NCBI GenBank assembly: GCA_039190745.1
Contig: JBCCXZ010000075.1
Location: 1-15,537, forward strand
Source: Planctomycetota bacterium
GTDB lineage: Bacteria > Planctomycetota > Planctomycetia > Pirellulales > Lacipirellulaceae
Length of the DNA stretch: 15,537 nucleotides
Reading direction: 5' to 3'
Within the stretch, counting starts at the first letter, position 1. Each line of letters begins with the position of its first letter. This document shows, piece by piece, positions 1-7,379 of this stretch. The notes under the pieces were generated by a model, which was not told where the DNA came from, did not search any database, and saw only the letters and a program-made list of their open reading frames with translations. The position numbers and the translations under genes were made by a program.

Positions 1-1
1 C

Positions 2-775
2 GCCGCGGCCGCCGCGGCCGTTGCCGGCAAGCCCGCCATGCCCGACCCTACCGGCCCGGCTAAGGAGTTCTGCGAGCTGCTCTCCGCCACGGTCGCCTCT
101 GTTGAAGAGGCCGGCGAAGCGGGAGACACCGAAGCCCCGCTCGCCGCCCTCCGCGGAACCCTCCGTGGCATGTCGCCCGAGATGCCTGTCCACGAACGGC
201 TCGCCTGGCTGCTGGAAGACAACACCGTCGACAATGCCAAGCTGCTCGAATCCCTCCGGGAGGCTCTCGACATGGTCTCGTTCGTCCCCAGCCAAGATGC
301 CGAATTCCCTGAAGGCTTCCCCACGTTCACCCCGGTCGGTTTCATCCAGGTGAAGCAGTACCCCGCCAGCCGGGCCGCCACCAGCAGCGGGTTTTGGCCG
401 CTGTTCATGCACATCAAGTCGAAGGGCATCGCCATGACCACGCCCGTGAAGATGGAGTACGCCGACGGCGACGGCCGCCCCCGCCAGCAGGACATGTCGT
501 TCTACTACGGCGACGCCAACCTGGGCGCCGCCAGCCCCAACGGCTCAGTGAAGGTCGCCGACCGGCCCGCCGAGACGGTCGTCTCCCTCGGCCTCCGCGG
601 CCGCATGCGGGACGAAGCCATCGCAGACGCCGCCAACCGCCTCGAGCGCTGGGTCCGTTCTCACGACGGGTACGCCGCCGCCGGCGACTACCGCGTGATG
701 GCCTACAGCGAGCCCGCTACGCCCCGCCAGAACAAGTACTACGAGGTCCAAATCCCGCTGCAGAAAGAGCCTTAG
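2..775 (+). CDS. SOUL heme-binding family protein, possibly 5'-truncated by the window (first ATG at 38)
   Basis: The translation contains GFWPLFMHIKSKGIAMTTPV...MSFYY...YYEVQIPL, resembling the SOUL/HBP signature (F..LF.YI....IAMT.PV). The frame is open from position 2 (AAAAAAVAGKPAM), so the true start may lie upstream. Confidence 0.8.
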   Translation, partial: AAAAAAVAGKPAMPDPTGPAKEFCELLSATVASVEEAGEAGDTEAPLAALRGTLRGMSPEMPVHERLAWLLEDNTVDNAKLLESLREALDMVSFVPSQDAEFPEGFPTFTPVGFIQVKQYPASRAATSSGFWPLFMHIKSKGIAMTTPVKMEYADGDGRPRQQDMSFYYGDANLGAASPNGSVKVADRPAETVVSLGLRGRMRDEAIADAANRLERWVRSHDGYAAAGDYRVMAYSEPATPRQNKYYEVQIPLQKEP

Positions 776-885
776 GAACCGCCCCCCGGGCAACCTGTGG
801 CAAACTCATCCAAAATCAGAAGAATAAAGCGAGGCCGCCGACGAATAGCCAGTATCCCGGTACACCTAACCCAAACGCCGCCAGC

Positions 886-1332
886 ATGGACGACGACCAA
901 CCCATTGTCACCGACAACACTCCCGAACAAGAGGTCTGGGCCGGCGGCCCCTCGCAGTACATAAACCTCGGGCTGTATATCGCCTGCATCCTGATCATCC
1001 CAATCCCGTACGCGATCTATCGGTGGCTGCGCGTCCGCTGCACCCAGTACGCCGTCACGACCGAGCGGCTGCACCTGACCGAGGGCATCCTCGCCCGCAC
1101 GACCGAAGAGCTCGAGCTCTACCGCGTGAAGGACACCGCCTTCAGCCAGTCGGTCTTCGAACGCATCTTCAGCCTCGGCACGATCAAGCTCACCACGTCC
1201 GACGCCTCGCACCCGGAAGTGACCCTCCAGTCGATCCCGCTCGACGAGGCACAAAACGTCCGCGAGCAGATCCGCCACATCACCGAAGAGCTCCGCCAAA
1301 AGAAGCGCGTCCGCGAGGTCGACTACACCTGA
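886..1332 (+). CDS. Bacterial PH-domain (bPH_2/YdbS-like) membrane protein, 148 aa
   Basis: ATG at 886 within ORF 394..1332. An N-terminal hydrophobic segment (LGLYIACILIIPIPYAIYRWL) is followed by YAVTTERL...GIL.R..EELELYRVKD...QS..ERIFSLGTIKL.TSD, typical of this family. Confidence 0.85.
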   Translation: MDDDQPIVTDNTPEQEVWAGGPSQYINLGLYIACILIIPIPYAIYRWLRVRCTQYAVTTERLHLTEGILARTTEELELYRVKDTAFSQSVFERIFSLGTIKLTTSDASHPEVTLQSIPLDEAQNVREQIRHITEELRQKKRVREVDYT

Positions 1333-1341
1333 GCATCCGAC

Positions 1342-1368
1342 GCCATTCCCACGCTCGGACGGGTATGC
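1342..1368 (+). repeat. Decayed copy of REP-like family B
   Basis: GCCATTCCCACGCTCGGACGGGTATGC matches 22/27 nt of GCCATGCCCACGCTCGCGTGGGCATGC (reverse complement of 6730-6756). It lies 9 nt after the PH gene stop, between convergent genes. Confidence 0.65.
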
Positions 1369-1457
1369 AGTGTGCCACTTCGAGAGTCATTGCTGGATTG
1401 CATAGCCGTAAGCCCACGAGCTCTAGCTTCTTCGGCTTCGGGCTCCTCTCCTGCAGG

Positions 1458-4400
1458 CTAATCCGCCCTGGGCCGCCCGGGGTCTGTGCGTTCGGGCCAG
1501 AGGTCCGCCTCCGTCAGCACCGCGTCGTCCGGACGAGACGTGCCGTGACGCACCGCAAGGAGAGAACCCGATAGCGTTGAGTACCACGGCTCCCGATAAG
1601 GCAAGACCAGCGAACGCCGCAGGTATGCCTCGCCGGCCTCGACGTCGCCCAGCTCGATCAATTCCTTCCCGACAATGTACCCGAATGAGCTCACGACCCT
1701 GTCGCCAACGAGCGCCATTGCCGTGTCGATCTGCTCCATCGTCCCGTCGGTGATTTCGCCCGACTGCAAAAACGCCGTTATAGCCAGCCCCGCGGCGTAG
1801 ATGTCCTTGTGCTTGTCGAACTCCTCGGTGTCCCTGCGTTCTTCACTGAGCGCAGCCATTTCCTCCAGCACCTCCGATCGCAACGCTTCGTCACCAAGTT
1901 CCTTTGCTAACTGCGCGATCATGAAGGTGACCGTAAACGTTGGACCCGACGCGTGCGCCCGGCGGTAGGCGTCCAACGCACTCTCTCGGTCGCCCTCGAG
2001 CAGGTGATACACCCCGAGGCTGATCCAGAAGGTCTGGGAGGGCTTGGCCTTCTCTGTCGCGAAGTACTGCTCCGCCAGCTTCCGAGCCCCTTTCAAGTCG
2101 CCTCGCCCCGTCCGCCGGCACCACATGTACCATTGGTATCCGCTGGCGCTCGGGTATGCTTCCGACATCTGCCGGGCCCAGCTTTCCGATTCCTCCCAAC
2201 GGGCCAACGCCTCGCTGGTGTCGGCGGCTGCGTGCATCCCCCATGCAGCGCCCGTCGCACCCGCCTGCTCGCCGTGCTTGTGGGCTTGTTCCCACAAACC
2301 GTAATAAGCGTAGCCGTAGGCCAACCAATCGTGTGCGCGGCCTTGAGACAGACCGCTGCTCGGCGACTCCAGCAACGGCTGGAACGAGTCCAACCAAGCA
2401 TCGAAGTCCTTCTTCCAGTAGATCCGGCTTAAGGCCTCCGAGGCGGCCAGCGTCGGCAGCAGTTCTAAAGACCGCTTCAGGCAACGCGCAGCGTCCGCGT
2501 CGTTCTCTTCGAAGCTTCGATAGTGCTGAGCGAGGTTCAAGAACGCCGTGGGATCCTCTTTCAACTGCCCCTCCCACCGCCGCACCTTCTCAACGTTGGG
2601 TTTACGCGACGCGTAGACCGCGAACCGCACGCCAATGTCCGAGTGCGGGGCGATTGAACGGAACACGGCCACGTTCGCCGGGCTGATGCTTGTCGAAGTT
2701 TCCTTCCACCGCGAGGACGTGGGGAAGTAGTGCTCCAGCATCCCCCGGAACGTGAAGTTCCGCGCCCGGTTGCGTGAGGCACGTTCGCCCAGTCCCCGCC
2801 CGCTCCGCTCGTCGACGATCCACAGCCGCCGACACATGCGACGCATATTCCCCCGGGGGTCCCAGATCCGCATGTCCTCGGCTAGGTCTTCAATGTCCAG
2901 CGAGCCGGTCCAGAGGTTGTAGTAGAAGGACTCAATGTAGGCTTCGTACCGGTGGCCTTCTACCAGCGGCAACACCGCTTCGACCACGTCTTCCAGCGAG
3001 TACTCCGCGCTGTTGGTTGAGATCTCCAAGTAGTTCGCGACCTGCAGGAACTGCTCCTCCTTCAGCAGGTAGCTCAAGGCAGACCAGGAGAGGCCCGGCG
3101 AAACCGAGCGGGCAGAAGCCTCCTCCAGCGCCGCCGCGGCCTCGTTCGGCTGCTCAGAGAACGGCGACTCTGGCGAGAACCACGCGCCGAACCCCAACCC
3201 TTCGTTCGCCGCTTCCGGCCCTTCGAGCGTCACGGCCTTCACGCCTTCCGGCAACCCCGGCAAGGCCTGCAGGCTCGACATCGCGTGGCGGGCAAACGCC
3301 AACGGCGCCCCAAAAGCACCCGTTCGGATTCTCCCCAGCCCGCCGCCAGAGAGCGCCATCTCGGCGTACACGCCGTACCCGGTCGGCAGCAGCTCGATCG
3401 CCTCCTGCCCACTGCTGTAGGTCCACTCGTCGATCTGGTAAGCGCTCGTGAGGTCGAACCACAGCCGCACCGCCAACGGTTCGAGCGAAGGCTCCAACGC
3501 CCCCGCTTGCCGGGTCGCCGCTCGGTCCGTCTTGCAGTACGGCTCAACCAGAGCCAACCAGCCGGGAGGGTCGGAGCCTGGATTGTTCTTCCGGTCGGAC
3601 TCGGCCAGATCGGCCAACCCGTGGTGCAATGTACCGCCCAACGCCCACGCATAGGCCCGCACCCGCCGCGTCTCCGCGTTGTCGCCGTGTAGCGCCATCT
3701 GCCGCTGCGCGTACAACCAAGACCGCGCCGTGAACGCGTCGCCCACCGCGTTGAATTGGTGCCGCGTCAACAGCCCCAGATTCGCGTAGCCACGGGCCAG
3801 TAGGCCCAACGCCTCGGCAGTCTCTTTTCGCGCCGCCAACTCGTGCGCCGCCCGCACCACGCCGAACTGCGCGATGAAATCCACCTCCAGCAGCGCCTCC
3901 TCCAAGCGGCCCGCCGCCGCCTCGCCCTCCGGCGCGACCGCCTCCTGCTTCTGCAAGCCGCCCTCTTCGAGTGCCTTCGCCAACTCACCCCGCGACGCTT
4001 CCTCCATCAGCGGCACGAGCCCCGCGTATATCTTGTCGCGCTCCATCGGGAACTGGTACCGCTGGTCGAAGAACGGTTTCCTGTCCCGCCGCTCCGACTT
4101 GGGGCGTGTCCCGTAGAGTCGCACCCGCCAGGTGCCCCGCGAATTCGCCTGCTCCCGGAGGTACACCCGCACTACCTCGACGCCGTCGGGCGGCTCTTCG
4201 CCGAGGGTCTGGTCGTACGTCGCCACGCCCAGCTCGTCCCGCGCCGCGATCAGCACCGCCTGCCGCAGTATCTCCCGGCCCAGCAGGTTTGTGCGCCGCG
4301 TCGGGCTGAGGTCGTCTGAGAACTCGGTCGTCAGGTACAGCACCTGCCGCGGCGGAGCAACGCCCTCTTCCGAAGCCAGGGTGTACAATCCCGCACCGCT

Positions 4401-4478
4401 CGCAGCCCAGAAAAGCAAACCACGAAACAACACCGCGGAGCACACACGCATAGGTCGTACCCTTCCAGCGAAACGCAT
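1458..4478 (-). CDS. Large exported alpha-helical/TPR-like hypothetical protein (~1000 aa); start at 4478 or 4451
   Basis: Uninterrupted 1023-codon ORF. A signal-peptide-like N-terminus (MRVCSAVLFRGLLFWAASGAGLYTLA) is followed by TPR-like motifs such as AFLNLAQHY...AARCLKRSLELLP and LGVYHLLEGDRESALDAYRRA. No catalytic motif was recognised. Confidence 0.75.
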   Translation of the reverse strand: MRFAGRVRPMRVCSAVLFRGLLFWAASGAGLYTLASEEGVAPPRQVLYLTTEFSDDLSPTRRTNLLGREILRQAVLIAARDELGVATYDQTLGEEPPDGVEVVRVYLREQANSRGTWRVRLYGTRPKSERRDRKPFFDQRYQFPMERDKIYAGLVPLMEEASRGELAKALEEGGLQKQEAVAPEGEAAAGRLEEALLEVDFIAQFGVVRAAHELAARKETAEALGLLARGYANLGLLTRHQFNAVGDAFTARSWLYAQRQMALHGDNAETRRVRAYAWALGGTLHHGLADLAESDRKNNPGSDPPGWLALVEPYCKTDRAATRQAGALEPSLEPLAVRLWFDLTSAYQIDEWTYSSGQEAIELLPTGYGVYAEMALSGGGLGRIRTGAFGAPLAFARHAMSSLQALPGLPEGVKAVTLEGPEAANEGLGFGAWFSPESPFSEQPNEAAAALEEASARSVSPGLSWSALSYLLKEEQFLQVANYLEISTNSAEYSLEDVVEAVLPLVEGHRYEAYIESFYYNLWTGSLDIEDLAEDMRIWDPRGNMRRMCRRLWIVDERSGRGLGERASRNRARNFTFRGMLEHYFPTSSRWKETSTSISPANVAVFRSIAPHSDIGVRFAVYASRKPNVEKVRRWEGQLKEDPTAFLNLAQHYRSFEENDADAARCLKRSLELLPTLAASEALSRIYWKKDFDAWLDSFQPLLESPSSGLSQGRAHDWLAYGYAYYGLWEQAHKHGEQAGATGAAWGMHAAADTSEALARWEESESWARQMSEAYPSASGYQWYMWCRRTGRGDLKGARKLAEQYFATEKAKPSQTFWISLGVYHLLEGDRESALDAYRRAHASGPTFTVTFMIAQLAKELGDEALRSEVLEEMAALSEERRDTEEFDKHKDIYAAGLAITAFLQSGEITDGTMEQIDTAMALVGDRVVSSFGYIVGKELIELGDVEAGEAYLRRSLVLPYREPWYSTLSGSLLAVRHGTSRPDDAVLTEADLWPERTDPGRPRAD

Positions 4479-4638
4479 GTCTGTGAACGTTCTCAACCCG
4501 AAGATAAGCGAGCCCAGAACCCCCCGCAACTATCACCCTTCTACCCGGTACGATAGCCCGTTCACCAAGCCCGCTGCCGAAAGAATTCAAGACCGTATGA
4601 GCCTGTTGCCGCAGCCATCCAAAACCGGTTTTCTGAAC

Positions 4639-5301
4639 ATGAACGACGAGCCGACCCACCGTGAAGCCACGCCCCCGCCGCGCTACGACCTCCTCGCCCT
4701 CTGCAGTGGCGCCTCCTTCTTGCTGCTAGCCCTAGGCGGCTGGCTCACCTCGCTGGGCCTCGGGCCCTGGTACGACGCGCTCCGCCTGCCGCCGTTCCAG
4801 CCGCCCGCGTGGGTCTTCACCCCCATGTGGACCATCGTCCTCTCGCTCCTGGCCGTGGCCACGTGGCTCGTCGGCCGCGAGCCCCACGCCCCCGGCCGCG
4901 GTCGAGCCCTTGCGCTCTACGGGGCCCAGTGCGTGCTGAACGCCGGCTGGTCCCTGCTCTTCTTCTCGCTGCAGCGACCCGACGCCGCCCTCTGGGAACT
5001 GCTCGTCCTCAACGCCGTGCTCGTGGCGATGATCGCCGCCTACTGGCGCGTCTCCCGCCTCGCCGGCCTCTTGATCACGCCGTACCTGGCCTGGCTGCTC
5101 CTAGCCACGGCCATCAACGTCTGGGTCGTCCAGAACAACGGCCCCGCGGCTCCCACTCCCGGCGCAGCTCTTAGGAACAACGGCGGCTCGCCCAGCAGCC
5201 TGATCGCCACCGAGGCAGACCACCGTGTGCAAACCACCAGAAGCAAACCGTTCCTAGCCGCCGACCTACGCGTCGGCGGCCTGCCCCGCCAACAACCATG
5301 A
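4639..5301 (+). CDS. tspO: TspO/MBR family tryptophan-rich sensory protein with an atypical C-terminal tail
   Basis: Hallmarks WYDALRLPPFQPPAWVFTPMWT, QCVLNAGWSLLFF and AGLLITPYLAWLLLATAIN, with five hydrophobic segments. ATG at 4639 is in frame. The stop overlaps the next gene's start (ATGA). Confidence 0.92.
   Translation: MNDEPTHREATPPPRYDLLALCSGASFLLLALGGWLTSLGLGPWYDALRLPPFQPPAWVFTPMWTIVLSLLAVATWLVGREPHAPGRGRALALYGAQCVLNAGWSLLFFSLQRPDAALWELLVLNAVLVAMIAAYWRVSRLAGLLITPYLAWLLLATAINVWVVQNNGPAAPTPGAALRNNGGSPSSLIATEADHRVQTTRSKPFLAADLRVGGLPRQQP
5185..5292 (+). repeat. Composite REP-like module (decayed family E plus family A), copy 1, inside the tspO 3' end
   Basis: 5246-5280 (AACCGTTCCTAGCCGCCGACCTACGCGTCGGCGGC) is identical to 6613-6647 and has a 9-bp stem GCCGCCGAC/GTCGGCGGC. 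Similarity extends over 5226-5292 vs 6593-6658, and 5185-5198 matches 6564-6577 at 12/14. Confidence 0.85.
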
Positions 5302-5759
5302 CCAGCGCCAGCCCCACCCCTAACCACGAAGCCCACATGCGCGAGGCGATCGCCGCCGCAAGCGAAAACCCCGCCGCCCCCTTCGGCGCCGTCCTGGTCG
5401 ACCGCACTACGGGCCGAGTCGTCGCCCGCGGCGTGAACAACTCCCGGGCGAACCCGACCCTCCACGGCGAGATCGCCGCGATCAACGCCTACGCCGACGC
5501 GGGCGGCGCCGACTGGCAGAACCTCGCCCTCTACACCACCGCCGAGCCCTGCTGCATGTGCCAGGGCGCGATCCTCTGGGCCGGCATCGCCGAGGTCGTC
5601 TACGGCACGTCGATCGCCACGCTCAAACAGCTGGGCTGGAAGCAGATCGACCTCACCGCCGAAGAAGTCACCGCCCGCAGCTGGCAGCCGTGGCCGACGA
5701 TCACCGCCGGCGTGCTAGAAAGCGAGTGCGACGAGTTGTTCCGTGCTGCGAAGCGGTAG
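5298..5759 (+). CDS. Zn-dependent nucleoside/nucleobase deaminase (cytidine deaminase superfamily; GuaD/TadA-like fold)
   Basis: PFGAVLV, NPTLHGE (HxE) and YTTAEPCCMC (PCxxC) zinc motifs. Alternative start at ATG 5337. The substrate cannot be assigned from sequence. Confidence 0.9.
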   Translation: MTSASPTPNHEAHMREAIAAASENPAAPFGAVLVDRTTGRVVARGVNNSRANPTLHGEIAAINAYADAGGADWQNLALYTTAEPCCMCQGAILWAGIAEVVYGTSIATLKQLGWKQIDLTAEEVTARSWQPWPTITAGVLESECDELFRAAKR

Positions 5760-5830
5760 GATGGGTGCTCGCACCCATCATGAAGTAAATCGAGCTTTGT
5801 GTACCAGATGGGGGTAATCACCCATCCCAC
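5756..5830. repeat. Inverted REP doublet (REPIN-like), family C
   Basis: Left unit GTAGGATGGGTGCTCGCACCCATC (5756-5779). The right unit 5807-5830 reads GTGGGATGGGTGATTACCCCCATC on the minus strand (19/24 identity). Each is a GTRG foot plus an imperfect palindrome. Confidence 0.8.
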
Positions 5831-5834
5831 GAAC

Positions 5835-5872
5835 TTGCCTTGATAGTGCAGGATTGTGGTACAATTGTGGTA
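5835..5872 (+). promoter_or_regulatory. Sigma70-type extended -10 promoter and putative operator of the TA operon
   Basis: TG-G-TACAAT (TACAAT at 5860-5865) lies 6 nt before the ATG at 5872. TTGCCT is at 5835-5840 (19-nt spacer, suboptimal). The tandem repeat ATTGTGGTA (5853-5861, 5864-5872) and palindrome ACAATTGT overlap the -10. Confidence 0.6.
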
Positions 5873-6129
5873 TGGACCCAATCACACGCAGCACCAACGA
5901 TCTGGCTGCTGAGCAACGGTCTGCCATCGAGCAGTTGCTGGGCGCTCAGCTTGCGGAGAACCAGCGTATCGTCGTCCAAGTGCTGGACGACGCAGACACC
6001 GGGAGTGCGCAAACCCCGCCCCGCTCCATCGCGGACTACGCGATCCTCGCGGACCTCGATGCCGCTTCAGTAGAGCTGTTCGATAACGCCACCCAGAGAT
6101 CGCCCAGCCGCAATCAGCCTACGTTATGA
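5872..6129 (+). CDS. Putative antitoxin (VapB-equivalent), 85 aa
   Basis: Small acidic protein directly upstream of a PIN-domain gene, with ATGA start/stop overlap at 6126-6129. The family was not recognised, so the call is positional. Confidence 0.7.
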   Translation: MDPITRSTNDLAAEQRSAIEQLLGAQLAENQRIVVQVLDDADTGSAQTPPRSIADYAILADLDAASVELFDNATQRSPSRNQPTL

Positions 6130-6536
6130 GCGGTCTGTGCACGCTCGATACCGACACGCTGTCGGAAGTCTTGAAGAACCAGAACCAAGCGGTCGTCTCC
6201 CGCGCCGCCGACTATCTCCGCCAGCACGGCGAGTTTGCCATCTCAGGGATGGTGCACTTCGAGATTGTGCGCGGCCTGCGATCGATCGGGGCCACAACCA
6301 AGCTGGCCGCTTTCGACCAACTCTGTCAGGCCATGACGGTCTTCCCGGTTGCAGCCGACGTCCTCGATCAGGCGGCCCACCTGTGAGCCATGGCAAAGCA
6401 ACATGGAAAACCAAGAACGGACGCCGACGTGATCATCGCGGCAACGGCCCTGGTCCATCGCCGTGAACTCGTCACAGGGAATGTGACTCACTTCGATTGG
6501 ATCGATGGCCTGACCGTATCAACTTGGCGGAAGTGA
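6126..6536 (+). pseudogene. vapC: VapC/PIN-domain ribonuclease toxin interrupted by an in-frame TGA at codon 87 (6384-6386)
   Basis: The N-half has LDTD and VHFEI. Reading through the TGA in frame gives AAHL*AMAKQHGKPRTDADVIIAATALVHRRELVTGNVTHFDWIDGLTVSTWRK*, the canonical PIN C-half (D..IAATA...LVT.N..HF), for 136 codons in total. Confidence 0.9.
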
Positions 6537-6548
6537 CCCCGCCCAGCC

Positions 6549-6775
6549 TCGGGTGCCACTGCTGGCTTGCTCAGCAGTGCCGTTGTTCCCCATGTGCGGA
6601 GCACAAGAGGCCAACCGTTCCTAGCCGCCGACCTACGCGTCGGCGGCAGCCCCGCCAATAGACGCAACCCCACGCCCTCTGTTCGGTGCCATGGCCACGC
6701 TTGTCGTGACCATGCGTTTACAGTAATCAGCATGCCCACGCGAGCGTGGGCATGGCACCCGGCTCGCACCCATCA
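6549..6775. repeat. Cluster of REP-like elements: family E (6552-6580), A (6613-6647), inverted B doublet (6685-6715 and 6730-6759), and half of C (6762-6775)
   Basis: Stems CACTGCTG/CAGCAGTG, GCCGCCGAC/GTCGGCGGC, CATGGCCACG/CGTGACCATG and CATGCCCACG/CGTGGGCATG. GCTCGCACCCATCA is identical to 5767-5780. Confidence 0.85.
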
Positions 6776-6801
6776 CATGATCAGTCAGTTAGTTCTTGAT
6801 A

Positions 6802-7227
6802 CTAATCCTGAGGTTGAGGCGTCCTATTTGGACTGAAGCGAGCTTGCGCAAAGTGCATTGCAGATAGGGTCACAACTAGCCCAGAAAGAACAGGGAACGA
6901 AATCCAACTGGGTTCAGGGATACTTATCTCTATATGAAACCCGCCCGAAGGAGAGGGAATCCTGGCAGTCAGACCGCCTGCGAACGACGTTGCTACCAGA
7001 GCCGCCAGCGCTGACTCAGCCATCCGCCGATACCACAGGTCTGGGTGGAGGTACAATGCAAGAACGAAACACCCCAGGTATGCGAGCAAAGTGGCCGCTA
7101 CAACGACATACAAGCCAGGACTTCCGGTGAGGATCAATGAGCCGATTGCACCTGAGAAGGACATAGAAGCTAGAGCGGATAGCCTAACCCAGCTTCGATT
7201 ACGAGTCGCAAGAGTACAGTAGGACAT
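6802..7227 (-). CDS. Hypothetical membrane protein (~4 TM, 141 aa; ORF open back to GTG 7320)
   Basis: Four hydrophobic segments around a LHPDLWYRR loop. ATG 7227 has GGAG about 12 nt upstream. Low-GC composition. Confidence 0.55.
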   Translation of the reverse strand: MSYCTLATRNRSWVRLSALASMSFSGAIGSLILTGSPGLYVVVAATLLAYLGCFVLALYLHPDLWYRRMAESALAALVATSFAGGLTARIPSPSGGFHIEISIPEPSWISFPVLSGLVVTLSAMHFAQARFSPNRTPQPQD

Positions 7228-7379
7228 GTGCCCGTTCGCTCCGTTTTGTCTTGTAGACTGATCGGAGTCTATAGAACTCGCCGAGCACAGACGATCCCTG
7301 ACATCGGCTACATTCAGCACAGCAAGACACCTGACCCAAGCAAGAAAAACCGGCGAGTCTCTTCGATGTCAGTGACAAA

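Noticed and set aside
776..806. Imperfect hairpin GCCCCCCGGGCAACCTGTGGC after the SOUL gene
   Set aside because: Too many mismatches, no U-tract and no second copy in the window. It may be a decayed repeat but is not supportable.
394..885. N-terminal extension of ORF 394..1332
   Set aside because: It overlaps the SOUL gene in another frame and is Arg/Pro-rich. The recognisable protein starts at ATG 886.
1402..1445. Imperfect hairpin between the convergent PH and TPR genes
   Set aside because: Pairing is weak and ambiguous, so it cannot be called a terminator or REP.
4621..4632. Palindrome AAAACCGGTTTT just before tspO
   Set aside because: It could be an operator, but it is a single 12-bp occurrence with no regulator nearby.
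4132..4638. N-terminal extension of the TspO ORF
   Set aside because: It is mostly antisense to the TPR gene. TspO similarity begins after ATG 4639.
6384..6430. Selenocysteine or alternative-code reading of the vapC TGA
   Set aside because: The position fits Trp rather than Cys, no clear SECIS-like hairpin follows, and TGA terminates other genes here (PH gene, tspO, antitoxin).
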